Assembly (NCBI GenBank): GCA_963783305.1
Contig: CAWAMW010000015.1
Location: 384,001-448,000, forward strand
From: an uncultured Gemmatimonadales bacterium
Lineage (GTDB): Bacteria; Gemmatimonadota; Gemmatimonadetes; Longimicrobiales; RSA9
Reading direction: 5' to 3'
Length of the DNA: 64,000 bases
The translations under genes and the position numbers were made by a program. The notes beneath the pieces are model-generated. The model was not told the DNA's origin. It worked only from the letters and a program-made list of their open reading frames with translations, and searched no databases. Shown here one piece after another: positions 8,239 through 17,022 of the stretch; the stretch's first letter is position 1, and every line of letters starts with the position of its first letter.

Positions 8239-11200
8239 ATGATTTCGCGTACCACGCATCTCCTCGCGGCCGCACTCACCACGCTGCTGCTCCTGCCGAC
8301 CATGGCGCCCGCGCAGGACGCCGACACCCGGCTGCTGCGGTTCCCCCACGTCCACGGCGACCAGGTCGTCTTCACCTACGCCGGTGATCTCTACACCGCG
8401 GCACTGACCGGCGGCACGGCCACGCGCCTGACCTCCCACCCGGGCCTGGAGATCTTCGCGCGATTCAGCCCCGACGGCCGCTGGATCGCCTTTTCCGGCG
8501 AGTACGCGGGCACCCGCCAGATCTACCTGATCCCCGCCACGGGCGGTACGCCCAGGCAGCTCACCTTCTATCCCGATGTCGGCCCCATGCCGCCCCGCGG
8601 AGGCTTCGACAACCTGGTCGTGGACTGGACACCCGACGGGTCGAAGATCCTGATCCGCGCCAACCGCACCCCCTTCGGCGAGCGCGTGGGCCGCTACTAC
8701 CTGGTGGACCCGTTCAACGGCGGCCTCGAGCAACCCCTCGAGATCCCGGAGGGGGCCACCGGCGCCACGTTCGACGCCACCGGGACGAAGCTGGCGTACA
8801 ACATCAAGGGGCGTGAGTGGCGCCACTGGAAACGCTACACGGGCGGCCGCCAGCAGGATGTCTGGATCTACGACCTCGCCGAGCACTCGAGCCGGCGCAT
8901 CACCGACTACACCGGCACCGACAACTTCCCGCTCTGGGTCGGCGACGACATCTACTTCACCAGCGATCGCGGAACGGACCGCAAGCTGAACCTGTGGAAG
9001 CACGACACCGCCACGGGCGCGCTCACCCAGGTGACCCGGCACGACGACTTCGACGTGCTGTGGCCGAGCCGCGGACAGAACGGGATCGTCTACCAGAGCG
9101 GCGGCTGGATCTGGCACCTCGACCCCGCCACCGACCGGAGCCGGAAGCTCTCCATCGCCGTGACCGGCGACCGACCGTACGCCCAGCCGCACTGGACCAA
9201 TGTGGCCGACAACGTCGAGTCGTTCGACCTGTCCCCCAGCGGCAAGCGCGCGGTCTTCGGCGCGCGCGGTGAGATTTTTACCGTGCCCGCCGAGCACGGC
9301 AACACCCGCAACCTGAGCGACACCGACGCCCGGGAACGCGCCGTCACGTGGGCGCCCGACGGCCGCTGGATCGCCTACCTCTCCGACGCCACGGGCGCGT
9401 ACGAGCTCTACGTCCGCCCCGCCGACGGCGCCGGCGTGCCGCGCCAGCTCACCATGGGCGGCGAGAGCTGGATGTCCGACCCGCGCTGGTCGCCGGACTC
9501 CCGCTGGATCGCGTGGTCGGACCAGCAGAATCGGCTCCGGGCCGTGGACCTCCAGGGCGGCGGGATCCGCGCCATCGATGAGACCACCACGAGCCGCCTG
9601 AACGACTTTACCTGGTCCCCGGACTCCCGCTGGATCGCCTATTCGAAGAGCGGCGAGAACAGCATGAACAGCGTCTGGCTCTACTCCTTCGACCAGGGTC
9701 GGACCACCCGCGTAACCAGCAACATGACCGATGAGTACGGCCCCGCGTTCGACCCGGGCGGCCGCTACCTCTATTTCGTCTCCGCGCGCGATTTCAATTA
9801 CGGCGATCGCGACTTCGACGCCCGCATCTTCGCCGCCACGCTCCGGCGCGACCTGCCCCACCCGTTCCCGCCCCGGAGCGATGAGGAGCCGGGCGCGCGG
9901 CCGGACGCGGACGCGGAGACGGCCGACAGCTCCACGGGGAGCGGGTCGAAGGCCGCCGCGTCCGATCCGATCCGGATCGACCTGGCCGGCCTCGGCGACC
10001 GCGTCGTCGCGCTCCCGGACCTCGAGCCCGGCCGCTACTACGGCCTGACCGGCACGAAGGACGGCCTCCTCTACATGAGCGGGGCTACCCTGCACCGCTT
10101 CGAGCTGACGTCGCGGAAGTCGGAGAAGGTGCTGGAGGGGATCGGCGGCTACGCCATCACCCCTGACGGCACGAAGCTGCTGTTCCGGAAGGGCGACGAC
10201 TACGGCATCGTCGACGTGAAGCCCGATCAGAAGACAGACAAGACGCTCGACCTGTCCGGCATGCGCATGCGCGTGGACCCCCGCACCGAGTGGGCCCAGA
10301 TCTACCACGACGCCTGGCTCATCATGCGCGACTGGTTCTACGACCCCGGGCTCCACGCCGTGGACTGGGACGCCATATACGAGAAGTACCGTCCGCTCGT
10401 CGACCACGTGGCGCACCGCGCCGATCTCGACTTCATCCTGGCCGAGCTGGTGGGCGAGATGAACGTTGGACACGCGTACGTGAACTCGTCGCCGGAGCAG
10501 CCCGGTCCCGACCGCGTCCCCGTGGGACTGCTGGGCGCCGAGCTCGAGCCGGCGGGCGAGCGGTACCGCATCGCCACCATCTTCCCCGGCGAGAACTGGC
10601 ACGAGGAGTTCCGGTCCCCGCTCACGGAGCCCGGCATCGAGGTGGCCGAGGGTGACTACCTGATCGCCATCGACGGCGAGCCCGTCACCACCGCGGACAA
10701 CCCGTACCGGTTCCTGGTGAACAAGGCCGACCGGACCGTCGAGATCACCGTCAGCGACCGGGCCGACGGCGGGAGCCCCCGGAGCTACCAGGTGCGCCCC
10801 GTCGAGAGCGAGCTGGGGCTCCGCTACCAGCAGTGGGTCGCCGAGAACGCCGCGCTGGTCGACAGCCTGTCCGGCGGCCGCATCGGCTACATCCACCTGC
10901 CCAACACCGCCGTGCCGGGCCACCGCGAGCTCTTCGAGGGGTTCCGGCCCCTCCACCGCAAGGACGCGCTGATCCTCGACGACCGCTACAACGGTGGCGG
11001 GTTCATCCCCGAGGAGATGGCCTTCATGCTCGGTCAACCGCTCCTCAACTACTGGTCGCGCCGCAACCTCGACCTGTACTCGCAGCCGGCGGCGGTGCAC
11101 ACCGGCCCCAAGGCCGTGCTGATCAACGGCCAGGCCTCCTCCGGCGGCGACGCGTTCCCCTACTACTTCAGGCGACTCGGCCTCGGACCCCTCATCGGAG

Positions 11201-11496
11201 AGCGCACCTGGGGCGGCCTCGTCGGGATCAGCGGGAACACCGGCTTTGTCGATGGGGGTAGCATCTTCGTACCCGTCTTCGGCTTCGTGGACGCGGAGGG
11301 CGAGTGGGCCGTCGAGGGAACCGGCGTTTCGCCCGACATCGAGGTGCTCGACCGCCCGGAAGAGATCGCCGCGGGCCGCGAGCCCATCATCGAGCGCGCC
11401 GTACAGTACCTGCTCGAGGAGCTCGAGAAGCCCCAGTACCAGCGCCCGGCCACGCCGGTCGGACCGCAGCGAGGCCATCCCGGCGGAGGGTCCTGA
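8239..11496 (+). CDS. Tricorn-type S41 protease, exported
   Basis: Signal peptide; PD40-like WSPD propeller repeats; NVGHAY; PDZ; GYIHLP, DDRYNGGG, SSGGD nucleophile, GERTWGG. Confidence 0.93.
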   Translation: MISRTTHLLAAALTTLLLLPTMAPAQDADTRLLRFPHVHGDQVVFTYAGDLYTAALTGGTATRLTSHPGLEIFARFSPDGRWIAFSGEYAGTRQIYLIPATGGTPRQLTFYPDVGPMPPRGGFDNLVVDWTPDGSKILIRANRTPFGERVGRYYLVDPFNGGLEQPLEIPEGATGATFDATGTKLAYNIKGREWRHWKRYTGGRQQDVWIYDLAEHSSRRITDYTGTDNFPLWVGDDIYFTSDRGTDRKLNLWKHDTATGALTQVTRHDDFDVLWPSRGQNGIVYQSGGWIWHLDPATDRSRKLSIAVTGDRPYAQPHWTNVADNVESFDLSPSGKRAVFGARGEIFTVPAEHGNTRNLSDTDARERAVTWAPDGRWIAYLSDATGAYELYVRPADGAGVPRQLTMGGESWMSDPRWSPDSRWIAWSDQQNRLRAVDLQGGGIRAIDETTTSRLNDFTWSPDSRWIAYSKSGENSMNSVWLYSFDQGRTTRVTSNMTDEYGPAFDPGGRYLYFVSARDFNYGDRDFDARIFAATLRRDLPHPFPPRSDEEPGARPDADAETADSSTGSGSKAAASDPIRIDLAGLGDRVVALPDLEPGRYYGLTGTKDGLLYMSGATLHRFELTSRKSEKVLEGIGGYAITPDGTKLLFRKGDDYGIVDVKPDQKTDKTLDLSGMRMRVDPRTEWAQIYHDAWLIMRDWFYDPGLHAVDWDAIYEKYRPLVDHVAHRADLDFILAELVGEMNVGHAYVNSSPEQPGPDRVPVGLLGAELEPAGERYRIATIFPGENWHEEFRSPLTEPGIEVAEGDYLIAIDGEPVTTADNPYRFLVNKADRTVEITVSDRADGGSPRSYQVRPVESELGLRYQQWVAENAALVDSLSGGRIGYIHLPNTAVPGHRELFEGFRPLHRKDALILDDRYNGGGFIPEEMAFMLGQPLLNYWSRRNLDLYSQPAAVHTGPKAVLINGQASSGGDAFPYYFRRLGLGPLIGERTWGGLVGISGNTGFVDGGSIFVPVFGFVDAEGEWAVEGTGVSPDIEVLDRPEEIAAGREPIIERAVQYLLEELEKPQYQRPATPVGPQRGHPGGGS

Positions 11497-11585
11497 ACCG
11501 GAATCCGGAGGCGCGGAACAACCGAGCGAAGGGACGGCCGGGGCCAGAGGAGCGGCCGGTGTCAAAGGAGCGGCTGGAGGGAAAG

Positions 11586-11764
11586 AAACAGCTGAAGCGA
11601 AGGAACGAAGAAACGAAGGAGCGAAGGAGCGAAGATCGGGCTCCAGGGCGGATCCATCCGCCTCAGCCACTCGGATCCCTGGTTTTAATTTGTTTGTTCC
11701 TGTTTTCTGATACTTCGTTTTTCTTCGTGTTCTTCGTTCCTTCGTTCCGTCGATCCTGCTGTTT
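11586..11764. repeat. Inverted element with arms built from CGAAG octamer units
   Basis: Five CGAAGnnn units at 11598-11637 mirrored by CTTCG units at 11713-11752; AAACAGC/GCTGTTT ends; internal hairpin GGCGGAT-CC-ATCCGCC. Confidence 0.7.
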
Positions 11765-11822
11765 GCTGAAGGACACTGGGATCGTTGCCAGATGTGAGTC
11801 CAACTGAGCCGACAAAGATGAC

Positions 11823-13523
11823 ATGAGCCGATTCCCGTTGCTGCCCGCCCTGGCGGTGGTCCTCCTGCTGGCCGGCGGCGCGACCGCCCAGTCCACGCCG
11901 CCCTTCGATCGTGCGGACACGCTCCGCGGCTCCATCACGGCCGAACGCGCCTGGTGGGACGTCTCCTTCTACGACCTCCACGTTTCGGTGATGCCTGCGG
12001 ACAGCACGATCCGGGGCCGGACCGGAATCGTCTACCGCGTGCTGGAGCCCGGCACCACCTTGCAGATCGACCTCCAGCAGCCGCTGGTGGTGGACAGCGT
12101 CGCACGGCGCGGTCGCGCGCTCGAGTACCGCCGGGACGGCAACATCGTGTGGGTCGATGTGCCCCGCGCCGCGGCCGGTGACCTCGACACCGTCACCGTC
12201 CACTATCATGGAGCGCCGCGCGTAGCCGTGAACCCACCCTGGGACGGCGGCTTCGCGTGGGCCGCCGACAGTCGCGGCCAGCCGTGGATCGCCACCGCCA
12301 ACCAGGGCCTCGGCGCCAGCGTATGGTGGCCGAACAAGGACACGCAGGCCGACGAGCCCGATAGCCAGCGCATCGCCATCACCGTGCCGGACCCGCTGGT
12401 GAACGTCTCCAACGGCCGGCTCCGCTCCGTCACACCCCACCATGACGGCACCACCACATGGGAGTGGTTCGTCACCGCGCCCATAAACAACTACGACGTG
12501 GCGGTGAACGCGGGAGACTACACCCACTTCGGCGAGATCTTCGAGGGGGAGAACGGACCGCTGACGCTGGACTTCTGGCCACTGACCCACAACCTCGAGG
12601 CCGCGCGCCGGCAGTTCACGCAGGTGGCCGTCAACCTCGCCTGCTTCGAGCACTGGTTCGGCCCGTTCCCGTGGTACGAGGACGGCTATACGCTCGTGGA
12701 GACCCCGCACCTGGGGATGGAGCACCAGAGCGCCGTCGCCTACGGAAACCGGTACATGAACGGCTACCTGGGTCGCGACCTCTCCGGCACCGGTCTCGGG
12801 CTCGAGTGGGACTTCATCATCGTGCACGAGAACGCCCACGAGTGGTGGGGCAACAGCATCACCACCGCCGACATTGCCGACATGTGGGTGCACGAGTCCT
12901 TCGGCAACTACGCCGAGTCGCTCCACACCGAGTGCCTGCGCGATACCGAAGCCGGCGCTCGCTACGTCCGCGGCACCCGGGCCGCCATCCAGAACGACCG
13001 CTCCATCATCGCCGCGTTCGGCGTGAACGCCGAGGGCTCCGGCGACATGTACTACAAGGGCGGGAACATGCTCCACACCATCCGCCAGATCGTCCAGGAC
13101 GACGACCGCTGGCGCGGGATTCTGCGCGGGATCCAGGCCACGTTCCGGCACAGCATCGTCACGGGGGACCAGGTGCGGGCGTACATGAGCGAGCACGCCG
13201 GGATCGACCTGGACCCGGTCTTCCGCCAGTACCTCACCACCACCGACATTCCGGCACTCGAGCTGCGCGTGGAGGACGCGGGGCTCGCCTACCGGTGGGC
13301 GGACGCGGTGGAGGGGTTCGACATGCCCGTGGACGTGCGGGTGAGGGACGGCGTCTGCACCCGGCTCCGCCCCACCACCTCCTGGCAGACGGCCGCTGTA
13401 GGGGCCGTGGACGCCGAGGCGCTGGACGCGGACCGCGACTATTACGTCCGCGTCAGAAAGCTGACCGGTGACCCGGCCGCCGACCGCGCGACCGCCACCG
13501 TGGCCGGCGGGGTCTGCCGCTAG
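11823..13523 (+). CDS. M1 family zinc aminopeptidase, exported
   Basis: Signal peptide; GMEHQS, HENAHEWWGN...WVHES (HEXXH-18-E), YYKG. Confidence 0.92.
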   Translation: MSRFPLLPALAVVLLLAGGATAQSTPPFDRADTLRGSITAERAWWDVSFYDLHVSVMPADSTIRGRTGIVYRVLEPGTTLQIDLQQPLVVDSVARRGRALEYRRDGNIVWVDVPRAAAGDLDTVTVHYHGAPRVAVNPPWDGGFAWAADSRGQPWIATANQGLGASVWWPNKDTQADEPDSQRIAITVPDPLVNVSNGRLRSVTPHHDGTTTWEWFVTAPINNYDVAVNAGDYTHFGEIFEGENGPLTLDFWPLTHNLEAARRQFTQVAVNLACFEHWFGPFPWYEDGYTLVETPHLGMEHQSAVAYGNRYMNGYLGRDLSGTGLGLEWDFIIVHENAHEWWGNSITTADIADMWVHESFGNYAESLHTECLRDTEAGARYVRGTRAAIQNDRSIIAAFGVNAEGSGDMYYKGGNMLHTIRQIVQDDDRWRGILRGIQATFRHSIVTGDQVRAYMSEHAGIDLDPVFRQYLTTTDIPALELRVEDAGLAYRWADAVEGFDMPVDVRVRDGVCTRLRPTTSWQTAAVGAVDAEALDADRDYYVRVRKLTGDPAADRATATVAGGVCR

Positions 13524-14680
13524 CCGGCTTCGGCGCGCTCCTCGTCGTCCTGCCGCCTCGAGGGCAGGGACAGGGCGAAGATGGCGCCACCGGGGTCGGA
13601 CGCCGGCTCCGCCCACGTCCGGCCGCCCACCGCGGCAATGATGTCGCGCGCGAAGCGCAGCCCCACGCCGCGCTCGCCTTCCTGCCCGCCCACATCGGCC
13701 GCCAGGCGCGTGATGTCGTCGGCGGGCTCCACTCGGGGGCCCGTATTCCGAACCTGCACCACCACCCGCTCCTCTTCCGGCTCCACCCGTCCCGTCACTT
13801 CCACCGAGCACTCCCCGTCCACTTCGGTGCAGTGTCGCAGAGCGTTGGTCAGGTACACCACCAGACACTGCTCGACCTGCGCACCCGGTACTTCCACCGA
13901 TGGGAACGAATCCGCCACGCGGACGGCCACGCCGGAGTTCGCGGCAATGGGTCGGACCCGCCGCACCGACTCGCGCACGACCCCCCGGAGCGGCACACCG
14001 CGTCGCCGTGAAGAGAGCCCCGCGTCCGCCAGCTCCCGCAGGTCGTGCAGTCGACCCGTAAGGGCCCGCATCGCCTCCTGCTCCGACCCGCCATCCAGCG
14101 CCGCTGCCATTCGCTCGTCCACCGTCCCGATCATGTCGCGAATCAACCGGAGCCGCTGGTCCATGTCGTGCTTGCCCTGCTCCAGCAGGGCGATGTGCCG
14201 GGCGGCGGTCGCCTGCTGGACCTTCGACAGCGCACGGTGGATCCGGTGGCTCACGGTCATGATGTCGTCGGGCTCCGGCGTGAACCCGAGGCGGGTCACC
14301 TTCTGGCTGAGATGCGACAGGATCACTCCGCCCAGGATCTCGAACTCCTTCAGCACCTGGTACGTCGAAAAGCCCTGCTCGTACCGCATCTCACCCAGCT
14401 CGGCCGCCTTCGCCAGCACCGCGTCCGCCGCCGTGCCCTCCTCCGACGGGTCCTCCATGAACTCCGCGATGGCGTCGATCAGCAGCGGGACGTGGTCCAG
14501 GAGCGCCTCGGACGGGAACACCTGCTCGTGCTCGAGCTCCACCCGCTCCTGGATCCGCTCCAGCCAGCGGTAGGTGACGCTCGCCCGGGAGTCACGGAGG
14601 CTACGCGCCAGCGGGCCCGCCACCTCCATGGCGACCTCTCGCTCGCTGAACTCCGTGTCCTCTTCCGCCTTGTTTTCCAT
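13520..14680 (-). CDS. RsbRD-N-like sensor plus HATPase_c protein (degenerate histidine kinase)
   Basis: N-terminal LLDHVP..LGEMRYEQGF..KEFEIL; C-terminal N-box LTNALRH, RNTGP, GVGL, GGRTW; no recognisable H-box. Confidence 0.75.
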   Translation of the reverse strand: MENKAEEDTEFSEREVAMEVAGPLARSLRDSRASVTYRWLERIQERVELEHEQVFPSEALLDHVPLLIDAIAEFMEDPSEEGTAADAVLAKAAELGEMRYEQGFSTYQVLKEFEILGGVILSHLSQKVTRLGFTPEPDDIMTVSHRIHRALSKVQQATAARHIALLEQGKHDMDQRLRLIRDMIGTVDERMAAALDGGSEQEAMRALTGRLHDLRELADAGLSSRRRGVPLRGVVRESVRRVRPIAANSGVAVRVADSFPSVEVPGAQVEQCLVVYLTNALRHCTEVDGECSVEVTGRVEPEEERVVVQVRNTGPRVEPADDITRLAADVGGQEGERGVGLRFARDIIAAVGGRTWAEPASDPGGAIFALSLPSRRQDDEERAEAG

Positions 14681-14706
14681 ATTCAAGTCCGCTGTCGGTT
14701 CGTCCT

Positions 14707-16296
14707 CTACTCGCGCTTGCGCAGCTCCAGCTCGTCGAACCAGAGATCCTCGTTCGGCACATTCAGCCTCAGCTCCTCCACCGCCCCCGCCGGTGTGAGG
14801 AGGAACTGTGCCACGCCCTTCCCGAACCACGGGAACGGCCGCCGCCATTCAATCACCCACGTATCCAGCTGGAGGTGCACCAGGTCCGCCACCAGGTCCG
14901 GATTCGGCAGCAGCCGGAGCACCAGCCCGCCGTCCTCCAGCGTCACCGTGGCGTCGCCGTACATGTCGCCACCGTAACGCCCCACGTACGACTCCAGGGG
15001 CAGCGACGGGCTCGTCCCTTCCAGCGTCCGCTCCACGACGCGCGCACGCCTCTCCGCCTCCCGAGCCGCCGATTCCTGCGCCCGCACGGCCAGCTCCGTA
15101 CTCCAGTCCCGCGGCTCGCCGCCCAGGTAGAGATCCACTACCCGGTTCGCGATGGCGGTGCTGATACCGGTCATGCTGTTCGTCAGCACCACCACCGCCA
15201 GCTCCTCCTCCGGCACCATCACCACGCGGCTGAACATCCCGTCATAGCCACCACCGTGGCTCACCAGCTTGCGACCCTTGTAGTCGTTCAGGCTCCAGCC
15301 CAGGCCATAGCCCCGGAAGTGCGTAGTAGGGTACAGCTCTTTCGATCCGGGGCTCACCGCCAGCGGCGTATGCACGGTCCACATTTCCCACGAGCGATCC
15401 GGTTGGAAGATCGTGTCCCCCGGCGCCGCCACCCCCCGATCCAGCTGCAGCTCCAGCCACTCCGCCATCTCCGACACGCTCGAGATGATTCCGCCCGCCG
15501 CGCCCATGGCGTCCCAGTTGTACCACGGGAACGCCACCAGCTCGCCCTCCCAGAGCCCGTGCGGCGTAGCCACGTTGTCACGCCGGGGCAGGCTGTCGGT
15601 GGAGGTCACGGTGCGGTCCATCCCGAGGGGGGCGAGGATCCGACGATGCACGAACTCGTCCCACGGCTCCCCGCTCACCGACCGGATCACCTCACCCGCG
15701 GCGATGAACATGAGGTTGGAGTACCCGTAGCTCGACCGGAACGGCCCCGCCTGCGGCACGAGCCGCGCTCGCCGCACCACGTCCTCCGCGCTGTACGGCG
15801 TGCCGTACCAGAGGAGGTCGCCGCTGAACGTGCCCAGGCCGCTCCGGTGCGACAGCAGGTCCCGGATCCGCATGTGCTCGGTCACGTACGGGTCGTAGAG
15901 CTCGAACCAGGGCAGATGCTCCCGCACTCGGTCATCCCAGTCCAGCTTGCCCTCGTCCACCAGGATCGCCAGCGCTGCCACCGTGAACGCCTTCGTGTTG
16001 CTCGCGATCGCAAACAGCGTGTTCTCGTCCACCGCACCGCCCGTCCGGATGTCCCGCACCCCGTACCCTCGGGCGAATACCGTCTCGTCCCCCTTCACGA
16101 TCGCCACCGCCAGCCCCGGTACCTCCCACTCGGCGCGGGCTTCGGCAATATACCGGTCCAGAGCCTCCAGGTCCGGGCGCTGACCCTGGAGGCCGCGCGG
16201 CGCCACCACGGCCGCCGCCGCGACAAGCAGCGAGAAGAGAAAGATCGGGGATTGGAGTCGGCTCCATCCCGCGGCGCGTATGGGTCGCTTCGACAT
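14707..16296 (-). CDS. Serine hydrolase, beta-lactamase/AmpC-like family, with C-terminal DUF3471-like domain
   Basis: IASNTK (SxxK), YGYSN, HGGG; signal peptide. Confidence 0.9.
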   Translation of the reverse strand: MSKRPIRAAGWSRLQSPIFLFSLLVAAAAVVAPRGLQGQRPDLEALDRYIAEARAEWEVPGLAVAIVKGDETVFARGYGVRDIRTGGAVDENTLFAIASNTKAFTVAALAILVDEGKLDWDDRVREHLPWFELYDPYVTEHMRIRDLLSHRSGLGTFSGDLLWYGTPYSAEDVVRRARLVPQAGPFRSSYGYSNLMFIAAGEVIRSVSGEPWDEFVHRRILAPLGMDRTVTSTDSLPRRDNVATPHGLWEGELVAFPWYNWDAMGAAGGIISSVSEMAEWLELQLDRGVAAPGDTIFQPDRSWEMWTVHTPLAVSPGSKELYPTTHFRGYGLGWSLNDYKGRKLVSHGGGYDGMFSRVVMVPEEELAVVVLTNSMTGISTAIANRVVDLYLGGEPRDWSTELAVRAQESAAREAERRARVVERTLEGTSPSLPLESYVGRYGGDMYGDATVTLEDGGLVLRLLPNPDLVADLVHLQLDTWVIEWRRPFPWFGKGVAQFLLTPAGAVEELRLNVPNEDLWFDELELRKRE

Positions 16297-16491
16297 GGCG
16301 GGTCGTCGTGGTTCGGTATGGTCTTCGGAGCCGCTTCGTAGCGGCGGGAGAGGCGCCCCCAACATAGGCCCCGCGCCACGCGGAAGCCACGCGGGAACAC
16401 AAATGGCCGATATGAAAACCGGCCGCGCGCCCGACCGCTCGATCACCCGATCCAGCAGGCTCACGGGGGCTCCGCGGTTCGATGGTGGAAA

Positions 16492-16512
16492 ATGTATCCA
16501 TCCAGGATACAT
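16492..16512. promoter_or_regulatory. Perfect 8-5-8 palindrome, putative operator
   Basis: ATGTATCC-atcca-GGATACAT between divergent genes, next to TTGACT (16518-16523). Confidence 0.6.
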
Positions 16513-16596
16513 AAAGGTTGACTCCAGCCCCCCGCCCGTATCACCTTGGAACCGCTTCGAAGCCCCGCCCGTCGAAGTGCCTACCTAAAGCCGATC

Positions 16597-17022
16597 ATGA
16601 CAGAACCGACGCCCCGGCGGGCGGTCCTCATCGTTGAGCATGATGCGGGGGTCCGCACGCTCCTGGCTCGGCTCGTTTCCAGGTGGGGGTGCGAACCGCT
16701 GCTGGCGGAAAGCGAGCCCGAGGGTCTCCACCTCCTGGAGGAGCACGGCGGAGTGGGCCTGGTGCTGAGCGATTTCCAGCCCGGACCCGACGGCGATACG
16801 ATCTATGCCCACCTCCGCCGCCTCACGTCCTCGCCGGTCCCGCCCGTGCTGTGCACCCGGCCCGCGCCACGATCCGTTCCGGAAGATGTCGAGCTGGTCC
16901 CCCGCCCCTTCGACGTGACCCTGCTTCGGAGCATCATCGACCAGTACGTGCATGGCGTCAGCGGCGACTCCGGTGACTCCGGTGACTCCGATGACTCCGG
17001 CGGCGCCCGGCCTACCGGCTGA
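16597..17022 (+). CDS. Stand-alone atypical receiver-domain protein
   Basis: VLIVEHD, LVLSD, VLCT, PRPF (Arg in place of the conserved Lys); C-terminal GDS 9-bp tandem repeat. Confidence 0.7.
   Translation: MTEPTPRRAVLIVEHDAGVRTLLARLVSRWGCEPLLAESEPEGLHLLEEHGGVGLVLSDFQPGPDGDTIYAHLRRLTSSPVPPVLCTRPAPRSVPEDVELVPRPFDVTLLRSIIDQYVHGVSGDSGDSGDSDDSGGARPTG

Noticed and set aside
8182..11670. 1162-aa minus-strand ORF, and similar long antisense ORFs (26940-28916, 45355-48123, 11685-13868, 55209-57197)
   Set aside because: Shadow ORFs opposite well-supported genes; expected in high-GC DNA; no motifs
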